64,000 bases of DNA from the NCBI RefSeq assembly GCF_024223415.1, contig NZ_CP100500.1. One strand, 5' to 3'. The DNA is from Escherichia coli (GTDB taxonomy: Bacteria > Pseudomonadota > Gammaproteobacteria > Enterobacterales > Enterobacteriaceae). Under the pieces are notes generated by a model, which ran no database searches, had not been told where the DNA came from, and worked only from the letters and a program-made list of their open reading frames with translations. Every line of letters starts with the position of its first letter. Position 1 is the stretch's first letter. Made by a program: the position numbers and the translations under genes. Shown here piece after piece: positions 12,533 through 22,695 of this stretch.

Positions 12533-13426
12533 ATGACGAATTTAAAAGCAGTTATTCCTGTAGCGGGTCTTGGGATGCATATGTTGCCTGCCACTAAGGC
12601 GATTCCCAAAGAGATGCTACCGATCGTCGACAAGCCTATGATTCAGTACATTGTTGACGAGATTGTGGCTGCAGGGATCAAAGAAATCCTCCTGGTAACT
12701 CATGCGTCCAAGAACGCGGTCGAAAACCACTTCGACACCTCTTATGAATTAGAATCTCTCCTTGAACAGCGCGTAAAGCGTCAATTGCTTGCGGAAGTGC
12801 AGTCCATCTGTCCACCGGGCGTGACCATTATGAACGTGCGTCAGGGCGAACCTTTAGGTTTGGGTCACTCCATTTTATGTGCACGACCCGCCATTGGTGA
12901 CAATCCATTTGTCGTGGTGCTGCCGGACGTTGTGATCGACGACGCCAGCGCCGACCCGCTGCGCTACAACCTTGCTGCCATGATTGCACGATTCAACGAA
13001 ACGGGTCGTAGCCAGGTGCTGGCAAAACGTATGCCGGGTGACCTCTCTGAATACTCGGTCATCCAGACCAAAGAACCACTGGACCGTGAAGGTAAAGTCA
13101 GCCGCATTGTTGAATTTATCGAAAAACCGGATCAGCCGCAGATGTTGGACTCAGACATCATGGCCGTTGGTCGTTATGTGCTTTCTGCCGATATTTGGCC
13201 GGAACTTGAACGCACGCAGCCAGGTGCATGGGGGCGTATTCAGCTGACTGATGCCATCGCTGAACTGGCGAAAACACAGTCCGTTGATGCCATGCTGATG
13301 ACAGGTGACAGCTACGACTGCGGTAAAAAAATGGGTTATATGCAGGCATTTGTGAAGTATGGACTACGCAACCTCAAAGAAGGGGCGAAGTTCCGTAAAG
13401 GGATTGAGAAGCTGTTAAGCGAATAA
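12533..13426 (+). CDS. galF: UTP-glucose-1-phosphate uridylyltransferase paralogue GalF
   Basis: ORF 12521..13426; start at [12 protein letters not shown] gives 297 aa; flanks the O-antigen locus as expected. Confidence 0.9.
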   Translation: MTNLKAVIPVAGLGMHMLPATKAIPKEMLPIVDKPMIQYIVDEIVAAGIKEILLVTHASKNAVENHFDTSYELESLLEQRVKRQLLAEVQSICPPGVTIMNVRQGEPLGLGHSILCARPAIGDNPFVVVLPDVVIDDASADPLRYNLAAMIARFNETGRSQVLAKRMPGDLSEYSVIQTKEPLDREGKVSRIVEFIEKPDQPQMLDSDIMAVGRYVLSADIWPELERTQPGAWGRIQLTDAIAELAKTQSVDAMLMTGDSYDCGKKMGYMQAFVKYGLRNLKEGAKFRKGIEKLLSE

Positions 13427-13699
13427 TGAAAATCTGACTGGATGTAACGGTTGATAAGAAAATTATAACGGTGGTGAAAATTCGCAGGAAAAGTAACTTG
13501 TTGCGAATATTCCTGCCGTTATTTGATATAAATAACCAGCATAACAACGAGTTAATATTAGGATTTTAGTCAAAGTTTCCTAGGATTTTTCTTGTTTCCA
13601 GAGCGGATTCGTAAGACAATTAGCGCCTTAGTTTTACGGGTTAGCGTGAGTGAGCCATGCTCGTTACATCGCAGGTGTGTATTCAGTGTTCTGGTAGCT

Positions 13700-13722
13700 G
13701 TAAAGCCAGGGGCGGTAGCGTA
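13700..13722 (+). promoter_or_regulatory. JUMPstart/ops element (GGCGGTAGCGT) for RfaH-dependent antitermination
   Basis: Exact ops core GGCGGTAGCGT in the about 1 kb AT-rich galF to O-antigen intergenic region; coordinates approximate. Confidence 0.6.
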
Positions 13723-14450
13723 CATATGAGGAAACATTTCAGCTGAAATAATTGAATATTCCAAAGCATGAGAGTTACTTAATTTGTAAAAGTGCTACAG
13801 TACAATAGAGAGGATCTCTGTCTTCATATTGTTTGCGATCATCTCAGATGAAGTTATTGATTTCATCTTTTAATAGAAGAACTGAATAGAATATGTATGG
13901 CATTATCATTTTGAACAATAATAATAGAATAAAAGGAAGACATCGAAATGGTGGTCAAACATTACATCAGTTCTATTGATTTGACAGCAGAGAAGTCTGC
14001 CACAGCGAACCAAAATTACTGACTCGTAGAGAAGAAGTTGCACTGGCTGCTGAATGGTAATGGATGAAGACGACAGAGAAATAAGAAAAGAAAACTCAGC
14101 AGAATTACCTTCAGGGATATAGCGCATCACTATTTATGTATTGACTAAAGATAAAGCATTTAAGAAAGGTTAAGGTGTAAGGTGTGAAAAGCAGCCATGG
14201 GTAAGGTTCGTTTCGCACAGGCGTTACTTACAGTAGATGGTCGGCACATCGTAAGACTTGGTCTGATTGCCAGATCATATGTGAGACATCAGAAAAAATT
14301 TAAGCAAATATATAAACAGTAGGTGATGTTGTTAAAGTATAAAACAGATATGGTAGTCAAATAAAGCAAAGTATCGTTGGAAAAATATCTGTAAAATCCC
14401 TGGTGCGTTCACGTGAGTTAGAGTAAAAGTAATGAGGAGGTTCTATTTTT

Positions 14451-15551
14451 ATGAGTTTTGAAAATTGGTATATAAAAGATATTGAACCATATAAACTGGC
14501 TAGTCATAAAGTATGGGACGATGTTTGCAACCGAGATATATTAAAATTAGATTGGAATGAAGCAACTATTCCTGCTAGTCCGTATGTAAAGAAAAGAATT
14601 TTAGAAACTATTGATAAAATAGAGTTTAGATATTACCCAAACGTAAACAACATGGAGTTGTTAACAGCTATCGCGGGATATACTCAACTCAACATAGAAA
14701 ATATTCAATATTTTCCAAGTTCTGATGCTGCACATGAATATATAGCATCAGTATTCTTAACATCAGAAGATAGAGTGTTAATATTGTCCCCGACATATGA
14801 TAATTTCAGGCTAACCTGTCAAAGTAGAGGGGCGGAAATATCGTATGTTAATTGTTTTGATGGGGCGTTTCAATTCCAGAGTGAATTATTTATAAATGTT
14901 TTGAAAGAAACAAAGCCTAAAATTGCATATATGTGTAACCCTAACAATCCGACGGGTTCAATAATAAGGCGGGAATATATAAAGAAAATATTAACTCTTT
15001 TTCCTGATATCTTGTTTGTTTTAGATGAGGCTTATATTGAATTTTCATCTGGTTCATGTGGTGATTTTGTTAAGGAATATGATAATTTGATAGTATCAAG
15101 AACCTTCTCGAAGGCATTTGCGCTGGCCAATTTTAGGATTGGTTATATATTGGCTTCACCTAAACTTATAGTTTCAATTAATAAAATAAGAAATTCTAAG
15201 AATGTAACGACATTATCACAAGAGGCTGCAGTTGCTGCATTGCATGATTCTCAATATATGCAAGCTTATGTTAATGAGGTGATTGTAGCGCGACAATACT
15301 TTATTGAAGAGATAAATAGAAGGTTTGGAGATAAGCTGATAGCATATGAAAGTCATGGTAATTTTGTTCTTGTAAAATGCTCCTCGGAAATACTAAAAAA
15401 AACATTAATAAAAGGCCTGGAGGAACAAGATATTTTCATAAGAGATTTGTCACACAAGGAGCTCAATGGTTTACATATAAGGATTACTATTGGAACACGG
15501 ACTCAAATGAGGCAGGTGCTTAATGTTATTGAAAATATTATTGGTCAATAA
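14451..15551 (+). CDS. PLP-dependent aminotransferase (HisC-like class I/II)
   Basis: 366-aa ORF with histidinol-phosphate-aminotransferase-like features; first gene of the AT-rich O-antigen cluster. Confidence 0.75.
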   Translation: MSFENWYIKDIEPYKLASHKVWDDVCNRDILKLDWNEATIPASPYVKKRILETIDKIEFRYYPNVNNMELLTAIAGYTQLNIENIQYFPSSDAAHEYIASVFLTSEDRVLILSPTYDNFRLTCQSRGAEISYVNCFDGAFQFQSELFINVLKETKPKIAYMCNPNNPTGSIIRREYIKKILTLFPDILFVLDEAYIEFSSGSCGDFVKEYDNLIVSRTFSKAFALANFRIGYILASPKLIVSINKIRNSKNVTTLSQEAAVAALHDSQYMQAYVNEVIVARQYFIEEINRRFGDKLIAYESHGNFVLVKCSSEILKKTLIKGLEEQDIFIRDLSHKELNGLHIRITIGTRTQMRQVLNVIENIIGQ

Positions 15552-15587
15552 TATGTTTGCAGGCGCTCTTTATTATGTTGGTCAGCG

Positions 15588-16277
15588 ATGAAATATAAAT
15601 ACGCTTTTTTTGATTTTTGTGAAACGTTGGTGGATTTACAAACTGCTGATGATTACATTTCTGATGTGATTATTAAGAAGGAAGGCCGATGGAGTTATAA
15701 GCTTGCGATTATTGGCTTCTTAAGGAATAGATGGGTTAATAAATTATTTAATAAATTGTTTAACAATTATGATAACCCTAAGTCTTTGATTTTGAAGCTG
15801 GTTAAAGGGTTTGACTATGGGGTCTTTTCTGTTGCTGCAGAAGAATATTGTAAAAAACTAATGGAGTATTACTTAATTGATGATGTTATTTCGGAGATGC
15901 TAGAATTAAAAAAAAAGAATTATCAAATAATCATTGTCTCTGGGGGATATGATATATATATAAAGCATTTTTTTTCCTCAGTTGTAGATAAGGTTATAGC
16001 TACCGAGATTGATTTTTCTGATTCTAAGTGTCTGGGGAAAATATCAGGTATTGATTGTTTAGGTGTGAACAAGTTAAACAAAATAAAGAAATATATTGAT
16101 GTCAACACAATAGATTATGAAAATTCCTACGTCTTTTCTGACAGTAAAACAGATTTGCCTCTTTTTTCGTTAGCAAAGAATAAAATTGTCATATCTAAGA
16201 AAAAAAACAAATCGTGGGTTAATGAGCAAAATGAAGAATTTATTGAAAAAGTATGGTGTCCTAAAAAAATATGCTAA
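15588..16277 (+). CDS. HAD-family hydrolase/phosphatase
   Basis: 229-aa ORF with N-terminal HAD motif I (FFDFCETLVD) and size typical of HAD phosphatases. Confidence 0.6.
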   Translation: MKYKYAFFDFCETLVDLQTADDYISDVIIKKEGRWSYKLAIIGFLRNRWVNKLFNKLFNNYDNPKSLILKLVKGFDYGVFSVAAEEYCKKLMEYYLIDDVISEMLELKKKNYQIIIVSGGYDIYIKHFFSSVVDKVIATEIDFSDSKCLGKISGIDCLGVNKLNKIKKYIDVNTIDYENSYVFSDSKTDLPLFSLAKNKIVISKKKNKSWVNEQNEEFIEKVWCPKKIC

Positions 16278-17145
16278 GAAGTATTATTACTATACTTCTT
16301 CTTTTTTAATGTCAGATGAATTATATATAAAAAGGAAGTTTAAGAAAATTTTCGGATATGCTTTGGATATCAATAATCCAAAAACAATGAATGAAAAGAT
16401 GCAATGGATGAAGTTACATATGCATCCTCAGGAATATAATATTTTTGCAGATAAACTTCTTGTTAGAAAATACGTGGAAGAAAAGATTGGTAAAAATATA
16501 CTAATACCTATTTTTGCAGTATACGAAAGTGAAGCCGAATTAAATATAGATTCTTTGCCTGACGAACCATTTATCATTAAGACGAATCATGATAGTTCTG
16601 GTGGAATAATCGTGAGAAACAAATCAGAACTCAATATAAAGGATGCAAAAAGTTTTTGTCGATTTAATTTGAATAACAATCATTATTATATATCAAGAGA
16701 GAAACATTATAAACATTTAGACAGAAAAATTATTATAGAGAAGCTCCTTCTTACAAAATCCGGAAAAATCCCAAATGATTATAAAATAAATTGTATAAAT
16801 GGGCGTGCTGAATTTATATATTGCTCTATTGATAGAGAGGGGAAAAATTACCGAAAGATTTATGACAGGTCTTGGTGTGAAATGGATTTTAAATGGGGAA
16901 ATAAAGATGAGTTTGAGCATAAATTTACTGGGCCCAATATTGAAAAGCCTGATAATTTAGATAAAATGATTGAGTATGCGGAGATATTATCAATGGGGTT
17001 TCCTTATCTAAGAATAGATTTATACAATGTTGATGGGGAAATATATTTAGGAGAAATAACTATTTATCATGGGGGAGGGTTTGATGTTATTGAGCCAAAA
17101 GAATATGACTTATTTTTTGGTAATAAGATTCATTTAGAAAAATGA
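16222..17145 (+). CDS. TupA-like ATP-grasp protein (putative amidoligase)
   Basis: ORF 16186..17145 overlaps the previous gene; start probably at an internal Met (16222 or 16231); resembles the TupA-like ATP-grasp family found in polysaccharide clusters. Confidence 0.6.
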   Translation: MSKMKNLLKKYGVLKKYAKKYYYYTSSFLMSDELYIKRKFKKIFGYALDINNPKTMNEKMQWMKLHMHPQEYNIFADKLLVRKYVEEKIGKNILIPIFAVYESEAELNIDSLPDEPFIIKTNHDSSGGIIVRNKSELNIKDAKSFCRFNLNNNHYYISREKHYKHLDRKIIIEKLLLTKSGKIPNDYKINCINGRAEFIYCSIDREGKNYRKIYDRSWCEMDFKWGNKDEFEHKFTGPNIEKPDNLDKMIEYAEILSMGFPYLRIDLYNVDGEIYLGEITIYHGGGFDVIEPKEYDLFFGNKIHLEK

Positions 17146-18362
17146 AAAATATTATAAAGAATGGGCTGTCTCTTTCTTTTATAAAGGCAGTGACTTTGCT
17201 ATTTCCTATCGCCATTGTACCTATCCTGATATCAAAGATAGGAATGGATAAATATGGGGAAGTTGTATTTATCACTGCAATATATTCATATTTTATTAAT
17301 GTGGTTAGCTTTGGATTTGAAGAATCAGCCACTCAAGTCTTGGCAAAGAATCACTTCTCAGGTTTGTCGAAAAATGAATATATTTTGTCTGTTATCGTGC
17401 TCAAGGGCATAATTGCTGTTTCTATAATTTTTGTCATTTGTGGTTTGTATTTTTTGGGGATGGGAGGAGATTTTTTCTCATTGCTATTTTGTATTACCAT
17501 CGTCGCTGAGGTTTTTAATCCCTTATGGTTTTATCAGGGGGTCGAAAGAATTCATATTATCTCAGTGAGCTCTATAGTATCAAAATCATTATATACAATA
17601 TTAATATGTCTGTTTGTGAGATGTAATAATGATTATTACCTTGTTCCTGTATTTTTAGGCGGTGCGAATATTCTTTCTTATGTCTATCCGTTTGTTGCTA
17701 TGTGTAATGAGTGTAAATTTCGGCGCAATGACTTGAACTATAATAATTTGAAAAAAGTATTATTAGACTCAGTTAGTATATTCCTTACTAATTTTATCCC
17801 AACATTGAAAGATAAGATAGGTGCTATATTGATAGGTTTATCTTTCTCCATGAATATCGTAGCGATTTATGATATAATTATAAAAATACTTAATTTATTG
17901 TTTATTCCAGTAAATGTAATAAATGCATCGTTCTATCCAACACTTTCCAGGAAGAGAGAAAAGAAAATATTAATGCAATTAATGTATATAAATTTGGGTT
18001 ATGCTATTTTTGCATTTGTTATCGTATGTAATTTTTTTGATTATTTTTCCAATATCTACTTCCAATCCTATTCAGCGTATTCCGATGCTGTAAAAATAAT
18101 ATCTGTGTCTGTTGTTTTTTACTCAGTGAGTTTAATGATTGGAAAAAATATCCTATTGGTCACTGGTTTTTATCATCATGTGCTGCTCAGTATTATATTA
18201 TCGACAGGATTTTATTTGATGTTTGTCTGCTTTATGTATTCTCTTAGTTCATTGAGTATATATTCATTATGCTTTTTAACAACAGCATCATTCTTATTTG
18301 AAATGCTGGTTAGGTTAATTATGTTAAAGAAGACTAAGGCCTTGTTTTTTTTTAAATATTAA
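17142..18362 (+). CDS. wzx: O-antigen flippase
   Basis: 406-aa, very hydrophobic, about 12 predicted TM segments, AT-rich; 4-nt overlap with the upstream gene. Confidence 0.7.
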   Translation: MKNIIKNGLSLSFIKAVTLLFPIAIVPILISKIGMDKYGEVVFITAIYSYFINVVSFGFEESATQVLAKNHFSGLSKNEYILSVIVLKGIIAVSIIFVICGLYFLGMGGDFFSLLFCITIVAEVFNPLWFYQGVERIHIISVSSIVSKSLYTILICLFVRCNNDYYLVPVFLGGANILSYVYPFVAMCNECKFRRNDLNYNNLKKVLLDSVSIFLTNFIPTLKDKIGAILIGLSFSMNIVAIYDIIIKILNLLFIPVNVINASFYPTLSRKREKKILMQLMYINLGYAIFAFVIVCNFFDYFSNIYFQSYSAYSDAVKIISVSVVFYSVSLMIGKNILLVTGFYHHVLLSIILSTGFYLMFVCFMYSLSSLSIYSLCFLTTASFLFEMLVRLIMLKKTKALFFFKY

Positions 18363-18376
18363 TTAGGTATGGAAGT

Positions 18377-19246
18377 ATGAAAACAGTGTCAGTAATCATT
18401 CCAACATATAGGGATTGGGAAAGATTATCTAAATGTTTAAATGCAATAAAAAAACAAAGATATCCCGCAGAGTTTATTCAGGTAATAGTCATTAATAATG
18501 ATCCATTTGATGATAATCCATTTATAAATAGTGATGAATATAAAAATGTAAAGTTTTTAGTAGAGGGAAAGGTGGGTTCTTATGCAGCAAGAAATAAAGG
18601 CCTAAATTATGCAAAAGGGGAGATTATAGCATTCACTGATTCAGATTGTGTCCCAGATGAGTTTTGGATTTCAAATGCTGTTCGACATTTTGAAGAAAAT
18701 AGTAAATGCACAAGAATTGGTGGGAAAATTGAATTATTTTTCAAAGGTAATGTAAGTAAAACCCTAGCTGAATTTTATGAACAAAGTTATGCTTTCCGGC
18801 AGAAAGAGTTTGTTCAACGACAGGGAATGGCTGCAACAGCTAATATGTTCTCATATAAGAAGGTTTTTGATGATATATCATATTTCAATGATTCATTGAT
18901 GTCGGGAGGAGATGCCGAATGGGGAGTTAGGGCAAATAATAAAGGATATAGAATAGACTATTGTGATTCTGTCACTGTTTATCATCCGGCAAGAGAATCG
19001 ATGAAACAAATTTTTATAAAAAATCGAAGGGAAGCCAGTGGTAAAATAAAAAATAAACGAAAAGTGTTAATCAATTTTGTAATGTCATTGCTCCCACCAT
19101 TAAAATCGTTGATGTATATTAGGTATCATGGGAATAGTATATATAAAGTATTAATTGCATTTTTTATTAGATATTTAATGAGGATTGATACGGCTATAGA
19201 ACAAATCCGGGTTGTGTTTTTTAATAAGAAAGCCGAGCGATTATGA
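18377..19246 (+). CDS. glycosyltransferase family 2
   Basis: N-terminal GT2 signature (VSVIIPTYRDWERLSKCLNAI) and DxD (TDSDC). Confidence 0.75.
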   Translation: MKTVSVIIPTYRDWERLSKCLNAIKKQRYPAEFIQVIVINNDPFDDNPFINSDEYKNVKFLVEGKVGSYAARNKGLNYAKGEIIAFTDSDCVPDEFWISNAVRHFEENSKCTRIGGKIELFFKGNVSKTLAEFYEQSYAFRQKEFVQRQGMAATANMFSYKKVFDDISYFNDSLMSGGDAEWGVRANNKGYRIDYCDSVTVYHPARESMKQIFIKNRREASGKIKNKRKVLINFVMSLLPPLKSLMYIRYHGNSIYKVLIAFFIRYLMRIDTAIEQIRVVFFNKKAERL

Positions 19247-20487
19247 AAATGTTTTTTTTTGTTCTTTGCGTGTTCTTTTTAATAAATGGCTTTTATATAT
19301 ATCCGCCATTTAATAGTGCAATTTTAGCACCGATGTTAGCTTTATTGGGAGCACTAACATTAAGGAAGAAAATAACGATAAAGCCCTTTTCTGACTTGTT
19401 AGATCCTTCATTTTTATTTTGGTTTCTTTTTGTAAGTTGTTATTGTCTATCAATTGCAGTTTTCTCAAAAACATATGACTTATCATATGTAAAGAACTTT
19501 ATATCACAACTTGTTCAATTTGCTATTATTTTATTTAGTTTTTTTATGTTATCATCAATAGATGGAGCATTTTCTCTTAAGATAGAAAAAATTATCGTAT
19601 ATAGCTTCGTTTTACAATCTGTTATTCAGATAGCAGCATTTCTATATCCTGGAATAGCCGATATTATTCATTTATTTTATGATAAAGATAAAGTAGAGCG
19701 ATTATACATCAATTACGCAGGAGTAAGAGGACTGGCGTTGACTGGTTCCCCAGGGTGGGGAATATCTGTTGGATATGCTATATCATTTTTACTTTTTGTT
19801 AAAGCATTTGTTATTAATCAGAAATTGAAGTTTTCTAGTATTATAGTTGCAATACTACTTTTAATCGGTGCAATGTTTACTGGTCGCAGTGCTTTTATTG
19901 GTGTTATTTTCGGTGGGGGGTATTATCTTGTATCAGGAGAGGATATTACAAAAAAAATCAAAACTATAATTCTATTTTTAATTCTTCCTGCATTAATATG
20001 CATGTTAACATATATAATGTTGCCATCCCTATCCTCACTATTCGGAGATAAGGTTTTCCCATTTGTCTTTGAGTTCTATTATAAATACAAAGACACAGGT
20101 GAGTTATCTACTAAATCTACAGATATTTTGTTGAATATGTGGGATCTTAACGTTGATGTTACTGACATTGTGTTCGGTACAGGTAATTTCACAAATGACA
20201 AAACTGGAGAGTATTATTTCGGTAGTGATGTGGGATATCTCCGGAATTTATTGTATGGTGGTTTTTTTTGGATGTTCACTCTTTTTATTTATCAGGTTTC
20301 ATTATTTGGACAACTGCGTTGGTGGAAAAAAAGAAAGGATATTAAATTATTTGTATTCATTTTTATAGCCATGTTAATGTTGCTTGAGATGAAAGCAATG
20401 GCCATAGGATATAATAAATATGTGTTTACAGTTTCTATTTTATTAGGATTGTCATTTAAAGAGAGATACAGAAATGCTTACCAATAA
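19243..20487 (+). CDS. wzy: O-antigen polymerase
   Basis: 414-aa polytopic membrane protein with a large loop, extremely AT-rich; typical Wzy profile. Confidence 0.6.
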   Translation: MKMFFFVLCVFFLINGFYIYPPFNSAILAPMLALLGALTLRKKITIKPFSDLLDPSFLFWFLFVSCYCLSIAVFSKTYDLSYVKNFISQLVQFAIILFSFFMLSSIDGAFSLKIEKIIVYSFVLQSVIQIAAFLYPGIADIIHLFYDKDKVERLYINYAGVRGLALTGSPGWGISVGYAISFLLFVKAFVINQKLKFSSIIVAILLLIGAMFTGRSAFIGVIFGGGYYLVSGEDITKKIKTIILFLILPALICMLTYIMLPSLSSLFGDKVFPFVFEFYYKYKDTGELSTKSTDILLNMWDLNVDVTDIVFGTGNFTNDKTGEYYFGSDVGYLRNLLYGGFFWMFTLFIYQVSLFGQLRWWKKRKDIKLFVFIFIAMLMLLEMKAMAIGYNKYVFTVSILLGLSFKERYRNAYQ

Positions 20488-21385
20488 AGTCTCTGTTGTT
20501 ATTCCGACACATAGTCGGCCTAATCTTTTGCGAAAAGCTATAGAAAGTGTTTTGAATCAGACATATAAGCCATGTGAAATTATTGTTGTTGATGATACAG
20601 AATCTGAAGAAACCGCTCGATGTTTATCTGTCATAAATAGCGATATACCTATTAGGCTAAAGTATAACACTTCTTCTGGTGCCGGCTCGTCTAGGAATTT
20701 AGGTGCAAAGATTGCTAATGGTGATTTTGTGGCTTTCTTGGATGACGATGATCTCTGGCTTCCAACTAAATTAGAAACGCAGATGTATGAATTGCGGCAT
20801 ACACAATATGATGCAATTTTTTGTCAGATGATAATAAATTATGAAGGGGTAAACATACAATATTCTACTCGAGCCAAAAATGTAGCTGAACCATTAAAAG
20901 AAATATGTATTGAAAACTTTATTGGTGCCACAATATCCTGTGTTATACGCCGTTCAATTTTTATGAAATTAGGAGGGTTTGATGAAAGATTCAAGGCTAG
21001 AGAGGAATATGATTTATGGATTCGAGTTATTCAATCTAATGCTAAAATTAAAATAATAGAAAAACCATTAACTATTTCAAATCGTTCTTTTGTACGGAAT
21101 CGTATTTCTTCTAACATAAATAATTATGAGCACGGAATATCACTTATTAACGAAAAATATGCTCGATTGATTACTGAAATATTAACTCCCAATGAGAGAA
21201 GAATAAGATTATCGAAACAATATGAATTTCTAGCTGCTCAGGCAATATCTTTAGGCCTTAAAATGACAAGCTCAAAGTATTATTTTAAGTCTTTTTTAAC
21301 AATTCCTTCTCTTAAATCGTTATTTCTTTCATTGTTGAGTATTATTTCTCCGCTAATGATAATAAAAATTAGAAGCAAACTTTAA
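20474..21385 (+). CDS. glycosyltransferase family 2
   Basis: N-terminal GT2 signature (VSVVIPTHSRPNLLRKAIESV) and DDDD motif. Confidence 0.75.
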   Translation: MLTNKVSVVIPTHSRPNLLRKAIESVLNQTYKPCEIIVVDDTESEETARCLSVINSDIPIRLKYNTSSGAGSSRNLGAKIANGDFVAFLDDDDLWLPTKLETQMYELRHTQYDAIFCQMIINYEGVNIQYSTRAKNVAEPLKEICIENFIGATISCVIRRSIFMKLGGFDERFKAREEYDLWIRVIQSNAKIKIIEKPLTISNRSFVRNRISSNINNYEHGISLINEKYARLITEILTPNERRIRLSKQYEFLAAQAISLGLKMTSSKYYFKSFLTIPSLKSLFLSLLSIISPLMIIKIRSKL

Positions 21386-21427
21386 TTATATCATCATTAT
21401 TAGACAGTCAATAACTGTGGAGTTAAC

Positions 21428-22690
21428 ATGAGTTCTGGGTTTAATTCTATTGAAAAGAACTTTTCAAGATTTTTATCTTACTTTCCAGGGATAAAAAAAA
21501 TAATTAAAAAAGCTTACATAAGGATAAATTTTTATATCTACAAAAAAGAACATAAAGTAAAAAGTGATTACAGCATCCATACGATTGATATCGATAGTTG
21601 CGAAACTTTTTTTGGATACTATGATAAATGTCCCGATAATGGTAAAGGAGATGTTATCGTTTGTGCATCGACTATATCTACCCACAACATACCTGATCCA
21701 AACAATCCGATTAAATTATATGTGTACAATCTTTGTACTAAAGATAAGGTGTTCATTGCTAATATTTCTGCATATAATTGGCAACAAGGATGTCGTGCTC
21801 ATTGGCTAAACGATGATTTACTTATTTATAACTTTTACTCTCATGAAAAGCGTAATTATTCGTCGAAAATATACTCAATCATAGAGAAAAAACATATAGC
21901 AGAGTTCTCTTTTGCGGTACAAGACAGTTTTCTTGGTAATTATTTTTTATCTATAAACTATTCTCGCTTAATGGCGTTACGCCCAGATTATGGATATAGA
22001 AATAAAAGTTTTTCTTGGGAATTGTTTGATCTGGCTAATGATGGTATATGGAAAGTCGATATTAGCTCTCGTAAGGGAGAATTAATCGTTACATTTTGTG
22101 ATATTATTAATTTTGAGTTTGAAAATAATGATGAGTATAAACATAAAGTTAACCATGTAATGATTTCTCCCGATGGTGAAAAATTTATATTTATACATCG
22201 TTATTATTATAAAGGTAAACGGAATGATAGATTAATGTTGTCAACCAAAGACGGACATTTAATTTCAGTATTAGCTAATAATAAAATGGTTAGTCATTGT
22301 TGTTGGCTTTCCAATGATAAAATTATCGGTTATTTAAGATCTGATAGTGGTGATGATAGTTATTGGGTTATTGATATAAATAATCTGGAGTCATACCAAC
22401 TCTTAGATGGTGAATTACTAAAATATGGCGATGGTCATCCATCGAATTGTAAAAATCTATTAGTGACGGATACATATCCTAATAAGTCAAGATATCAGAA
22501 ATTATTATTAGTCGATATGGATAATGATAATTACCAGGAACTTGGTGAGTTTTTACATGATCTTAGTTTTTCTGATGAGACTAGATGTGACTTACATCCT
22601 CGCTTTTCTCATGATGGCAGCATGATTTTTTTTGATTCAGTTTTTTCTGGAAAACGCAAGTTATGCTATTTACAGTTAATTAATAAATAA
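21428..22690 (+). CDS. hypothetical protein, beta-propeller-like C-terminus, inside the O-antigen cluster
   Basis: 420-aa ORF with no recognisable GT motif; C-terminal repeats (HPRFSHDGSMIFFDS) resemble TolB/oligogalacturonate-lyase-type propeller blades. Confidence 0.5.
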   Translation: MSSGFNSIEKNFSRFLSYFPGIKKIIKKAYIRINFYIYKKEHKVKSDYSIHTIDIDSCETFFGYYDKCPDNGKGDVIVCASTISTHNIPDPNNPIKLYVYNLCTKDKVFIANISAYNWQQGCRAHWLNDDLLIYNFYSHEKRNYSSKIYSIIEKKHIAEFSFAVQDSFLGNYFLSINYSRLMALRPDYGYRNKSFSWELFDLANDGIWKVDISSRKGELIVTFCDIINFEFENNDEYKHKVNHVMISPDGEKFIFIHRYYYKGKRNDRLMLSTKDGHLISVLANNKMVSHCCWLSNDKIIGYLRSDSGDDSYWVIDINNLESYQLLDGELLKYGDGHPSNCKNLLVTDTYPNKSRYQKLLLVDMDNDNYQELGEFLHDLSFSDETRCDLHPRFSHDGSMIFFDSVFSGKRKLCYLQLINK

Positions 22691-22695
22691 AGTGA

